NCBI GenBank assembly: GCA_000999715.1
Contig: LCGL01000001.1
Span: 323,139-387,138 of the forward strand
Direction of reading: 5' to 3'
DNA from: Candidatus Falkowbacteria bacterium GW2011_GWF2_43_32
GTDB taxonomy: Bacteria; Patescibacteriota; Patescibacteriia; Patescibacteriales; UBA12465
Length of the DNA stretch: 64,000 nt
This document shows positions 18,399-28,167 of the stretch, piece by piece (position 1 is the first letter of the stretch; every line of letters starts with the position of its first letter). The position numbers were made by a program, and so were the translations under genes. A model generated the notes under the pieces. The model was not told the DNA's origin. It made no database searches and saw only the letters and a list, made by a program, of their open reading frames with translations.

Positions 18399-18818
18399 CT
18401 AGTCTTTTATTTTGACTTTAATTTGGCCGGGATTGTTTTTATAAAGAGTGACGGTCAGAATGCCGTCTTCTAATTCCGCTTCAATGCGTTTGGAATCCAC
18501 TTCCGCCGGAAGAATAATGGAGCGTGAGAAAGAGCCCCAATAACATTCTTTATAGAGATAATCCTCTTCTTTTATTTCTTTGGCGGATGAACGGCTTCCT
18601 TTAATGGTCAAAAGATCGTGATGCAGGGAAATTTTTAGGTCTTCCGGTTTAACGCCGGCGATGGTGGATTTAATGATAATTTTTTTGTCCGCCTGGTAAA
18701 CGTCAATTGCCAACTGTCCTTCGGTTTCCATTTCATCGCGATCCAGCCAGCCCGCCGGCGGAATTGATTCGGCTTCGGCGCGTAAATTGATTTTTTTATT
18801 TTTTTTAGGGAAAAACAT
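18399..18818 (-). CDS. Hsp20/alpha-crystallin small heat-shock protein
   Basis: AGVKPEDL, FSRSIILP, A.LEDGILTV. Confidence 0.92.
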   Translation of the reverse strand: MFFPKKNKKINLRAEAESIPPAGWLDRDEMETEGQLAIDVYQADKKIIIKSTIAGVKPEDLKISLHHDLLTIKGSRSSAKEIKEEDYLYKECYWGSFSRSIILPAEVDSKRIEAELEDGILTVTLYKNNPGQIKVKIKD

Positions 18819-18909
18819 ATTTTTTTATTCTGTATATAATTTACCAATAATCGGGCAAAAAGTAAATGATCTTTACAAAAACACGTCGGTTTAAGACGTG
18901 TTTTTAGGG

Positions 18910-18983
<74 letters not shown>

Positions 18984-18991
18984 TCTTCCTG

Positions 18992-19065
18992 TGCGCCTAG
19001 ATGGACTTGAACCATCGACCCCCGCTTTATAAGAGCGGTGCTCTAACCACCTGAGCTATAGGCGC
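18992..19065 (-). tRNA. tRNA-Ile(TAT)
   Basis: Cloverleaf, anticodon arm CCGCT-CTTATAA-AGCGG. Confidence 0.92.
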
Positions 19066-19098
19066 ATTCGGCGTTGGACTGCAATTTATTTTATACCA

Positions 19099-20241
19099 TT
19101 ATGAAGTTAATTTATCAAGTTTGTTTCGCAAATTGACGACAACTTCCACCGTGGCCGTTTCTAGGTCTTGATTGATTAGGGCTTGAGCAATTTTTATCGT
19201 GCCTCGGGCCGCATATTCTTTGATAAAATCAAGAGCATTGATGTTTTTAAGAGAATAAATCAATAATTTGGTTTTATCGGTGGCCTCTTCCCGCAAGATG
19301 GCGACGATTTTGGCGCTGGGAACATTGGCGATCAATTCGTCCACGATTTCCGTTAATTTATCGTCGGCGGTATCGACTCCTTGGCAATCAAGCGCGCTTA
19401 AGCGGGACCATAAAAATTCTCCGTTCCTTTCCGATTTGAGATTGGACAGCACTTTCCCCCATAATTTCAGAGAAACGAAATCTCGGGAACGATATAGATG
19501 GTTGACTATTTCTTCGCGTCGGGCGCCGAGAGAAATAAGCTGAGAAGTGGTCAGCAAGGTGCGCGGCGTCAAGTTTGCGGTTTTGAAGTTTTTGGTTTCT
19601 AAAATTATTCCCGCCAACAAACAAGAGGCGATATCCTCGTCGATTAATTGCGGTTTATAATTTTTTAACAGATAAAAAAGAATTTCCGCCGTAGCGACCG
19701 CGTTTAGGTCCACAAAATTTATTTGTCCGAAGTCTTCGTTGGCGGAGCGATGATCGATATTAACGATGGTTGTTTTATAAAAAAATTCCACGTTATCGTC
19801 ATAGATTTTTCCTAGCGCTTCCAGGTCGCTGGTACCGAGAGCAAGAATTAAATCATATTTGAATTCTCCGGCGCGTGTCGTAACGTCCTCCGATTTAAAC
19901 CAGCCGCTGGCCGGAGAAATGATAAAATTCAATTGCTCTCTGTCTACGGTGTATTTGATTTGATTAACCTTGGACTGGCTGATATTCAGAGAAACGATGA
20001 AACGACGCAAATTATGAAGATCGTCCCGAATTTCGGTGCTGGCCGGCAAGAAAGATAAAAGTTTGTTTTTTCCTTTATTGTTCGCGCCGACAATTTCCAC
20101 TTCTTTCCCCAGTTTTTTTAAAAATAAGAAAAAAGCCAAAGCCGAGGCGGTGGTGTCGCCGCTCTGATCGGCCGGAAAAACAAGCAAAATATTTTTTGAT
20201 TTTTCCAGTTGGCGAAAAATTTGTTGTTCTAAATCAAGCAT
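19099..20241 (-). CDS. DHH-family phosphoesterase-like protein (degenerate motifs)
   Basis: NIDHR, AVATAEI, CLLAGII.ETKNF; likely start MLDLEQQ at 20241. Confidence 0.75.
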   Translation of the reverse strand: MLDLEQQIFRQLEKSKNILLVFPADQSGDTTASALAFFLFLKKLGKEVEIVGANNKGKNKLLSFLPASTEIRDDLHNLRRFIVSLNISQSKVNQIKYTVDREQLNFIISPASGWFKSEDVTTRAGEFKYDLILALGTSDLEALGKIYDDNVEFFYKTTIVNIDHRSANEDFGQINFVDLNAVATAEILFYLLKNYKPQLIDEDIASCLLAGIILETKNFKTANLTPRTLLTTSQLISLGARREEIVNHLYRSRDFVSLKLWGKVLSNLKSERNGEFLWSRLSALDCQGVDTADDKLTEIVDELIANVPSAKIVAILREEATDKTKLLIYSLKNINALDFIKEYAARGTIKIAQALINQDLETATVEVVVNLRNKLDKLTS

Positions 20242-20361
20242 TTTTTCAATTTTAAACCGTCCACCCCGGCAATCAGGGCGACCTTTCAATATATAGTTAT
20301 TCGCGGCTAAAGTCAAGATAATCGCATTGACTTAAAGGTCTTTTTTTGGTAATTTTAAAGT

Positions 20362-23004
20362 ATGAAACAAGACTTGGATAAGATTTATAACCCCGGAGAG
20401 AACGAGGATCAAATTTATGAAAAATGGGAAAAATCCGGCTATTTTAACCCGGATAATTTAAATTTGTCCGCGAAAGCGCCGAATTACACCATTGTCCTGC
20501 CGCCGCCGAATATTACCGACAAATTGCACATGGGCCATGCGGCCACAGTGGCGATTGAAGATTTATTGATTCGCTATCATCGTTTGTCCGGTTTTAGAAC
20601 TTTATGGTTGCCCGGCACCGATCATGCCGCGATCGCCACTCAAAATGTTGTCGAAAAAAAACTGTGGCGCGAACGGAACAAAACTCGGCATGATTTGGGA
20701 CGCGAGAAATTTCTGGAAGAAGTTTGGGCTTTTCTGAAAGTGACGCAAGGCAAGATTCTGCATCAAACCCGGAAACTGGGAGCGTCTTTGGATTGGTCGC
20801 GCATCGCCTTTACTCTGGACGAACCGCGTCGCCTGGCCGTCCGAACCATGTTTAAGGAGATGTACGACGAGGGGATTATTTATCGCGGAGAAAGAATCGT
20901 CAACTGGTGTCCGCGTTGTCATTCCACTTTAGCCGACGATGAAGTGGAATATCAGGAACAGTCCGCGAAATTATATACTTTTCAATATGATAAAGATTTT
21001 CCGATTGCCATTTCCACTACCCGCCCGGAAACTAAATTGGGCGATACGGCTGTGGCAGTTAATCCCAAAGACGAACGTTATAAAAAATATATCGGTCAAG
21101 AACTTGACGTTGATTTTTGCGGTCAAAAATTGAAGATAAAAATTATTGCCGATCGCAACGTTGAAGCCTCTTTCGGCACGGGAGCGTTGGGGGTTACGCC
21201 GGCGCACTCTTTGATTGACGAACAGATGGCGCGAGAAAACGATTTGCCGATTATTAAAGTTATCAACGAAGATGGGTTGATTCATTCCGGTTTCGGACAA
21301 TATTCCGGTCTGAGCGTCGCGGCCGCTCGGGAAAAAATAGTGGCCGAATTGATTAAGCGCGGATTATTGAAAAAAGAAGAAGACATCAATAACAATTTAT
21401 CGGTTTGTTATCGTTGTGCCACGCCGATAGAGCCGCTGCCTTCGCGGCAATGGTTTATTTCCGTGGATAAAAAATTGAAACGATTAGGCAATCTTTCCTT
21501 GAAGGAGCGAGCGCTAGAAGCCGTGCGAACGGATGATTTAAAAATAATTCCCGCCCGATTTACGAAAAGATATTCTGATTGGATGAGCAATTTACACGAT
21601 TGGTGCATTTCCCGACAAATTTGGTTCGGACATCAGATTCCGGTTTGGTATCAAGGAGAGAAAATTTTTGTCGGTTCGGAGGCGCCGGACGGCGCAGGCT
21701 GGACGCAAGATCCCGACACCTTGGATACTTGGTTTTCTTCCGGCATGTGGACTTTTTCCACTCTCGGTTGGCCGGAAAATTATAAAAATGGCCGAAAAAG
21801 CGGAGATTTAAGCAAATTTCATCCGACGCAGATGTTGGAAACCGGATATGAGATTTTAACTCTCTGGGTGTCGCGCATGGTGATGATGTCCTTTTTCGCT
21901 TTAGGTGAAGTTCCGTTCGAAAAAGTTTATTTGCATGGTATGGTTTTGGATGAAAACGGCAAGAAAATGTCCAAGTCCAAAGGTAACGGCGTGGACCCTT
22001 TGGATATTATCGCCAAGTTCGGTGCCGATGCGGCGCGACTTTCCCTTTTGATGGGGGCCACTCCCGGAAACGATTCTCGGTTCAGCGAAGAACGGGTGGA
22101 GGCGAAAAGGAATTTTATCAATAAATTTTGGAATATCGCTCGGTTTATCATCGGTAATATCGATGCAACATATTTATCGGCTGCACCCGATCGGTTGCCC
22201 GACGGTAAAACGGCGGCGGACATTTGGATTTTGGAAGAGTTCGCCAATTTGATCGAAAGAACGACCGCATTTTTGGATAATTTTGATTTTTCTCTCGCCG
22301 CCGAAGAGCTGACTCAATTCACCAAAGAGACGCTGGCCGATTGGTATTTGGAAATCGCTAAATTTGAAAAAGATAAAGAAGAAATTCTTGTTTATTTGTT
22401 AAAAAACCTTTTGATTCTCTGGCACCCTTTTATTCCTTTCGTGACCGAAAAAATTTGGAGCTCTTGGAATGAAGCCGAAGACCATTTGCTGATGGTCAGT
22501 CATTGGCCGAAAAAGACGGGCTCAAAAAAAACCAAAAAGATTCAACAAAATTCGGCCGACTTTCGAAAAGTAATTCGCTTGATTCAAAAAATCAGGGAGT
22601 TGCGGGCGGAACATAAAATTGAACCGGGAAAGAAATTGCAGGCGGTTATTCGCGCGGGTCGGGAGCATGCGCTGATCAAGGAGCAGGAGCTGTTGATTAA
22701 AAGTTTGCGCACCGGCATCGCCGGTTTAGAAATTACGGTTGACGGCCCCGGTCCCGAAGGCGCGATTGTCGGCTTGAGCGACGATTTGGAAATATATTTG
22801 CTTGGCGCCGTCGATGAAGAAAAAGAAAAAGCGCGCTTGGCCAAAGAAAAAGAAAATCTAAAAAAACTGATTGCCGGTCAAAAAAATAAATTGGCCAATA
22901 GCGATTTTGTGTCTCGAGCCCCGGAAAAAATCGTGGCCGCCGAAAAAGATAAATTGGCCGGCTATGAAGCGGCCTGGGAAAAGATAAATAAAATTAATTT
23001 ATGA
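20362..23004 (+). CDS. valS: valine--tRNA ligase
   Basis: PPPNIT..LHMGHA, GTDHAAIATQ, DWCISRQ, KMSKS, C-terminal coiled coil. Confidence 0.97.
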   Translation: MKQDLDKIYNPGENEDQIYEKWEKSGYFNPDNLNLSAKAPNYTIVLPPPNITDKLHMGHAATVAIEDLLIRYHRLSGFRTLWLPGTDHAAIATQNVVEKKLWRERNKTRHDLGREKFLEEVWAFLKVTQGKILHQTRKLGASLDWSRIAFTLDEPRRLAVRTMFKEMYDEGIIYRGERIVNWCPRCHSTLADDEVEYQEQSAKLYTFQYDKDFPIAISTTRPETKLGDTAVAVNPKDERYKKYIGQELDVDFCGQKLKIKIIADRNVEASFGTGALGVTPAHSLIDEQMARENDLPIIKVINEDGLIHSGFGQYSGLSVAAAREKIVAELIKRGLLKKEEDINNNLSVCYRCATPIEPLPSRQWFISVDKKLKRLGNLSLKERALEAVRTDDLKIIPARFTKRYSDWMSNLHDWCISRQIWFGHQIPVWYQGEKIFVGSEAPDGAGWTQDPDTLDTWFSSGMWTFSTLGWPENYKNGRKSGDLSKFHPTQMLETGYEILTLWVSRMVMMSFFALGEVPFEKVYLHGMVLDENGKKMSKSKGNGVDPLDIIAKFGADAARLSLLMGATPGNDSRFSEERVEAKRNFINKFWNIARFIIGNIDATYLSAAPDRLPDGKTAADIWILEEFANLIERTTAFLDNFDFSLAAEELTQFTKETLADWYLEIAKFEKDKEEILVYLLKNLLILWHPFIPFVTEKIWSSWNEAEDHLLMVSHWPKKTGSKKTKKIQQNSADFRKVIRLIQKIRELRAEHKIEPGKKLQAVIRAGREHALIKEQELLIKSLRTGIAGLEITVDGPGPEGAIVGLSDDLEIYLLGAVDEEKEKARLAKEKENLKKLIAGQKNKLANSDFVSRAPEKIVAAEKDKLAGYEAAWEKINKINL

Positions 23005-23390
23005 CTTTGAAAAGTTATTTGTCGGTGATGGCCGTTTTAACCGCTTTTTGTTGGGGTATTTTCTTGTTCGTCGCCAGGCTGGTTGATCCGACGGCGACCA
23101 ATTGGCTGGGGTTCTTGTTGTTTTATTTGGCCCTGTTCGCTTCTTTGAGCGGAACTGGCGCTCTGGCGGGGTTCGTGATTCGCTTTGTGGCTTTAAAAAA
23201 GGAATTGGCCTTTAATCTGGTTAAAATCGCTTTTCGCCAATCTTTCTTGTTTTCCTTATTTATCATTTTTCTTTTGATTTTGAAGTCACAGCACTTGTTC
23301 AATTGGTTGAACTTGTCTTTGTTGATAATAATTTTTACGATTTTTGAATTATTTTTAATTAGTTATAAGAAAAACCGTTATGAAAAATAA
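23001..23390 (+). CDS. hypothetical 4-TM membrane protein
   Basis: Hydrophobic ORF overlapping the valS stop and pheS start. Confidence 0.75.
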   Translation: MTLKSYLSVMAVLTAFCWGIFLFVARLVDPTATNWLGFLLFYLALFASLSGTGALAGFVIRFVALKKELAFNLVKIAFRQSFLFSLFIIFLLILKSQHLFNWLNLSLLIIIFTIFELFLISYKKNRYEK

Positions 23391-24408
23391 ATTGCAAAAA
23401 TTGCGAGACGATTTTTTGCGGCAATTGTCGACGGTTGATACGAGCGAGCGTTTGCGCGATTTGGAGCTTAAATATCTTTCTCGCAAGGGAGAGCTTAGCG
23501 AGATAATGCATGAATTGAAAAATTTAAGCGGAGAATTGAAAAGAGATATCGGCGGATTGGCCAATGCCGTCAAAACGGAATTGCAGGATAAGTTTACGGA
23601 AGCGCGACGTCTTTTGGATAAGCGCTCCGGAGGCGAACGGATGACGGACGTCAGTTTGCCGGGAGAAAAAATTATTAACGGGCACTTGAATCCGATCACC
23701 CTGGTTCAAAACGAATTGGAAGATTTGTTTACTTCCTTGGGCTTTATGGTTTTGGACGGTCCGGAATTGGAGAGCGATTATTATAATTTTACCGCCTTGA
23801 ACCTTTCGCCGGATCATCCGGCGCGCGATATGCAAGACACTTTCTATATTGATTATAAAAATAAGAGCGGACAATATGATTTGTTGATGCGGACACAAAC
23901 CTCGCCGGTGCAAATACGGGCGATGAGAAAATATGGCGCACCGTTGAAGGCCATCATTCCCGGGCGCTGTTTCCGCAACGAATCTACCGACGCTCGCCAT
24001 GAACACACCTTTTATCAAGTGGAAGGAATTTTGGTCGACAAGAATATCAATTTTGCCAATTTAAAAAGTTTTTTGGAAATTGTCGGTCAGAAATTATTCG
24101 GTCCGGACACTAAACTGCGGATGCGTCCCAAGTTTTTTCCTTTCGTGGAGCCGGGAAATAATGGTGAATATTCTTGTTTTTTATGCGGAGGAAAAGGTTG
24201 TCGCGTTTGTAAAAATACCGGTTGGCTGGAAATTGTCGGCGCCGGATTGATTCATCCCGATGTTTTGCGCGCCGGCGGCATCGACCCGGAGGTTTATTCC
24301 GGCCTGGCGTTCGGTTTCGGTTTAAATCGTTTGGCGATGCTTAAATATAGCATTAATGACGTCCGCTTGTTTAATAGCGGCGACCTCAAATTTTTAGAAC
24401 AATTTTAA
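23380..24408 (+). CDS. pheS: phenylalanine--tRNA ligase alpha subunit
   Basis: HPARDMQDTFY, RTQTSPVQ, FPFVEP, GLAFGFGL. Confidence 0.97.
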   Translation: MKNKLQKLRDDFLRQLSTVDTSERLRDLELKYLSRKGELSEIMHELKNLSGELKRDIGGLANAVKTELQDKFTEARRLLDKRSGGERMTDVSLPGEKIINGHLNPITLVQNELEDLFTSLGFMVLDGPELESDYYNFTALNLSPDHPARDMQDTFYIDYKNKSGQYDLLMRTQTSPVQIRAMRKYGAPLKAIIPGRCFRNESTDARHEHTFYQVEGILVDKNINFANLKSFLEIVGQKLFGPDTKLRMRPKFFPFVEPGNNGEYSCFLCGGKGCRVCKNTGWLEIVGAGLIHPDVLRAGGIDPEVYSGLAFGFGLNRLAMLKYSINDVRLFNSGDLKFLEQF

Positions 24409-24412
24409 ATCT

Positions 24413-26845
24413 ATGTATATTTCTCTCAATTGGCTTAAAGATTTCGTTAAAATACCGGCTAAAATCAATCCGGCGGTGTTGGCGGAAAAATTAACCGGGC
24501 ATACGGTTGAAGTCGAGGGTTTTGTGAATTCCGGAGAGCAGTTCGATCGAGTCGTGGTCGGAAAAGTTTTGGAAGTCGCCAAACATCCCAATGCCGATCG
24601 TTTGCGATTGACCGTCGTGGATGTGAAAAAAACTAAATTGAATATTGTTTGCGGCGCACCCAATGTCGCGCCCGGTCAACTGGTGGCGGTGGCTTTGGTG
24701 GGCGCCATTTTGCCCAATGGTTTGGAAATAAAGGCGGCGGAAATTCGCGGCGAGAAATCGGCCGGCATGATTTGTGCCGAAGATGAATTGGGTTTGGGAA
24801 AAGATCATGAGGGCATTATGGTTTTGAATGGCGACGCCAAAATCGGAGAGCCGTTCGCCAAATACTTGAAAGCCGAAGACATCGTTTTGGAAATAGACAA
24901 TAAGTCATTGTCCAATCGTCCCGACCTGTTGAATCACTACGGCTTGGCGCGCGAGGTGGCCGCTATTTTTAGTTTGCCGCTTAAGCCCTATGATAAATTT
25001 TTTCAGAAAAAATGGAATTTTGCGGAGGCCAAAGAAAACACTCTGGAAGTTAAAGTTAAGGAGCCCGAACTTTGTGCGCGTTATCAAGCGCTTAAAGTGG
25101 AAAATATCGAAGTCAAAGAATCGCCGGCCTGGCTCAAAGAAAGACTGGTGGCCATCAATCAGCGGCCGATTAATAATATTGTGGATTTGACCAACTATGT
25201 CATGTTTGACTGTGGTCAACCGATGCATGCGTTTGACGCCGCCAAAGTGACAAAAATAGTTGTCAGACGGGCCGAGGATAATGAGGTTTTGGAAACATTG
25301 GACGAAAAAGAACGGGTTCTAGACAATCAAGATTTATTGATTACCGACGGCAAGGAAGCGATCGCGATTGCCGGGGTCATGGGGGGACGTCATAGCGAAA
25401 TCGGCCCGGACACTACTGCTTTGATTTTGGAGTCGGCTAATTTTCTGGGTTCGTCGGTGCGTCGTACCGCGCAAAAGTTCGGTTTGCGCACTGAAGCATC
25501 GGTGCGTTTTGAAAAATCTTTGGCACCGAATTTAACCGAATTTGCTTTATGGCGGTTTTTGACTCTGCTTAAAGAAATTTGTCCGAAGATGAAAATTGCC
25601 AGCGCTTTGGCGGACATCAATAATGCGGCCGACAAAGAAACGAAGATCGTTTTAGATTTAAATTGGTTGACCGTCAAAATCGGGCAAGAAATTTCTCGTT
25701 CCGAGGTGGCGGATATTTTAAAAAGATTGGGCTTTATTTTAGCCGATGAAGACGGGGACATTCTGACGGTGACGGTTCCCGCTTGGCGAGCGATCAAGGA
25801 CGTCACGACGCGAGAAGATTTGGCCGAGGAGATTCTGCGATTATTCGGCTACAATAATGTCGTTTCACGTTTGCCGATTTTAGAAATGCGCTTGCCGGAG
25901 ACCAATCAAGAAAGAGTTTTAGAGAGGAAGATTAAATCTTTGTTGGCCGGCAAACACGCTTTGAATGAAGTTTATAATTATTCCTTCGTGGGAGAGGAAC
26001 AATTGAAGAAATTAGACATTGATTTTTCCAATCATTTGAAATTGGCCAATCCGTTGACGGATTTACAAACGATGTTGCGCCAATCGCTGGTTCCGGGCTT
26101 GATTAATAATATCAAAACCAACCAGTCTCGGCCCGGCGACTTGGGGTTTTTCGAAATCGGCAGTATTTTTTGGCCCGCTCCGGGTAATTTCAAGAAAGAA
26201 ATAGCCGGTGATGAAACTTTGCCTTATCAGGAAAAGCATTTAGGAGTTGCCATGGCCGGAGAAGACGGCAATGCGCTCGGTCGCGTGAAAGCCGTCGTTA
26301 ACAATATGTTGCAGAATTTGCTGGGCTATGAAGAAGAGGCGGAATTTTCATTATTAGAAAATATCCCCGGTTGGGCGAATAAAAAAGCGGCTGTCAGCAT
26401 CAAAATTTATGAAAAAGAAATCGGTTTTGCGGCCATCATCAGCCCGGAAACGACGGAAAAAGTTAATTTGAAAAAAGAAGCGGCCATAGCGGAATTGAAT
26501 TTTACTTTTTTGGTTCAGCTTGTTCTCGGTCGCTCATCTTTCGATTTTCGAGAGCCGGCCAAGTACCCGCCGATTATTCGCGATCTCGCCTTTGTAGTAA
26601 ATCAAAAAATATTGTATAATGATTTAAGGAGTGAATTTTTAAAATTTAATCCTTTAATCAAGAAAGTAGAATTGTTTGACGTTTATAGCGGCAGTAAATT
26701 GCCGGACGGACAGAAGAGCTTGGCTTTTCACTTGGTTTATCAAGACGATTCTCGGACTTTGACGGCGCCGGAAGTCAATAAAATTCAGGAAGAATTAATG
26801 GTGCATCTGGCGAAGAAATTTGAAGCTAAATTGAGAGATTTTTAA
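24413..26845 (+). CDS. pheT: phenylalanine--tRNA ligase beta subunit
   Basis: HPNADRL, IVCGAPN, NRPDLL, RDLA, KSLAF. Confidence 0.97.
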   Translation: MYISLNWLKDFVKIPAKINPAVLAEKLTGHTVEVEGFVNSGEQFDRVVVGKVLEVAKHPNADRLRLTVVDVKKTKLNIVCGAPNVAPGQLVAVALVGAILPNGLEIKAAEIRGEKSAGMICAEDELGLGKDHEGIMVLNGDAKIGEPFAKYLKAEDIVLEIDNKSLSNRPDLLNHYGLAREVAAIFSLPLKPYDKFFQKKWNFAEAKENTLEVKVKEPELCARYQALKVENIEVKESPAWLKERLVAINQRPINNIVDLTNYVMFDCGQPMHAFDAAKVTKIVVRRAEDNEVLETLDEKERVLDNQDLLITDGKEAIAIAGVMGGRHSEIGPDTTALILESANFLGSSVRRTAQKFGLRTEASVRFEKSLAPNLTEFALWRFLTLLKEICPKMKIASALADINNAADKETKIVLDLNWLTVKIGQEISRSEVADILKRLGFILADEDGDILTVTVPAWRAIKDVTTREDLAEEILRLFGYNNVVSRLPILEMRLPETNQERVLERKIKSLLAGKHALNEVYNYSFVGEEQLKKLDIDFSNHLKLANPLTDLQTMLRQSLVPGLINNIKTNQSRPGDLGFFEIGSIFWPAPGNFKKEIAGDETLPYQEKHLGVAMAGEDGNALGRVKAVVNNMLQNLLGYEEEAEFSLLENIPGWANKKAAVSIKIYEKEIGFAAIISPETTEKVNLKKEAAIAELNFTFLVQLVLGRSSFDFREPAKYPPIIRDLAFVVNQKILYNDLRSEFLKFNPLIKKVELFDVYSGSKLPDGQKSLAFHLVYQDDSRTLTAPEVNKIQEELMVHLAKKFEAKLRDF

Positions 26846-26861
26846 ATTTAAATAAAATATT

Positions 26862-27167
26862 ATGTTTGCCACTTCTTATGATGTTTTAAACTTAGTGCTA
26901 TCGATATGTGCCATCGCTCTGGCTTTCTTTCTTTGCTGGGCGCTCTATTATTTCATCGCCAGCGTGCAAAAAATTCATCGTTTGGTGAAGCGAGTGGAGG
27001 CCGGTGTCGATAAGGCGGAAGAAATCGTGGACACGGTTAAAGATAAAATAAAAAATAGCTCGGCTTACGTGATGATTTTGAGCGAGCTGGCCAGAAAAGC
27101 GATAGAATTTATTCAAACGAAGCGAGCGGGGGCGCAGAAAAAAAAGAAAACAGGAAAAAAGAAATAA
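26862..27167 (+). CDS. hypothetical membrane-anchored protein
   Basis: N-terminal TM then amphipathic helix; followed by terminator 27188-27220. Confidence 0.7.
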   Translation: MFATSYDVLNLVLSICAIALAFFLCWALYYFIASVQKIHRLVKRVEAGVDKAEEIVDTVKDKIKNSSAYVMILSELARKAIEFIQTKRAGAQKKKKTGKKK

Positions 27168-27209
27168 GATTATATTTACAGTTTGCTAAAAAAGGCGCCT
27201 ATTGATAGG

Positions 27210-27251
27210 GCGCCTTTTTTGTGAGAGAGATGATTGATCTTCTTTTTATTT
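27210..27251. repeat. left 42-bp direct repeat bounding the sortase island
   Basis: 39/42 identical to 31709-31750. Confidence 0.8.
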
Positions 27252-27927
27252 ATTCTTTATCCGCAAACACAATCAGTCGTCGAGGAAAAGTTCCGGAGAG
27301 CTTATCATAAGCGCCGTCGCAAGTAATCAAATTGAGATGAGCTTGTCCGTCGGTTGAGAAAAAAATCTCCGAGGCCTCCGCCTGGGCCTTATATTTTTGT
27401 ATTTTACGTACTATAAAGGCAACTCTTTCTCCCTCAGCGGTTTCTACATATATTTTATCCCCCTTTTTCAGTTTGTTCAGATTGTCAAAGACCGATCCTT
27501 GTCCGTTTTTCCAACGACCGTAGTGTCCGGCGATAACCGCGCTTCCTTCGTCTCCCGGAAGCGTGCCCAAATTATACCAGGCGGCGTTGGCGGGATTTTT
27601 AGGAATGTCCATGGCGCCTTTCGGAGTTAAGCCGACCGATTCCAATAAGGCGTTAACTTGGATTTTCGGAATTATCAAGCGCACCGGAAGGCCGGAATCG
27701 GTCGTCGTGCCCGGGGCTATCAAAGGAACAATCTCAACAGATTTTTTATCAAGCTGTCGGTCGACCAATCTCAAGGCCGGTTGTTTATCGGTTGAGAAAG
27801 TTGTTTTTAGATTGGCTCCCTGAGCGGGCAGATTGAAAGACAAAAACAAAACAATAGTTAAAGAGAGGGTGGTTATTGTCAGGCCGGGGATTAAAAGAGA
27901 GTGTTTTAATAATTTTTTCAATAACAT
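27250..27927 (-). CDS. class F sortase
   Basis: PVRLIIPKI, AAWY..G..PG..GSAVIAGH, LNLITC, catalytic R. Confidence 0.9.
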   Translation of the reverse strand: MLLKKLLKHSLLIPGLTITTLSLTIVLFLSFNLPAQGANLKTTFSTDKQPALRLVDRQLDKKSVEIVPLIAPGTTTDSGLPVRLIIPKIQVNALLESVGLTPKGAMDIPKNPANAAWYNLGTLPGDEGSAVIAGHYGRWKNGQGSVFDNLNKLKKGDKIYVETAEGERVAFIVRKIQKYKAQAEASEIFFSTDGQAHLNLITCDGAYDKLSGTFPRRLIVFADKE

Positions 27928-28008
27928 AAATTTTGCGCATCTTTCAGTCAAGATGAAATAAGAAGTCGGAATAAATTCAGAGCCCCGTGTTGGCGGGGCT
28001 CTGGAAGG

Positions 28009-28149
28009 CTATTTGCCTCTGATGATTCGTATTAGAAATAGGATAATCGCCAGAGCTAACAGAAAATGAATAAATCCGCCGAGTATCGGAAAAACGATGA
28101 ATCCCAACAACCACAACACAACGAGCACGCCGCCGATAATATAAAGCAT
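28009..28149 (-). CDS. lmo0937-like 46-aa small membrane protein
   Basis: Hand translation MLYIIGGVLVVLWLLGFIVFPILGGFIHFLLALAIILFLIRIIRGK; LWLLGF and GGFIH signature; terminator 27978-28003. Confidence 0.8.
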   Translation of the reverse strand: MLYIIGGVLVVLWLLGFIVFPILGGFIHFLLALAIILFLIRIIRGK

Positions 28150-28167
28150 AAAGTTGGTGTTAAGGGG

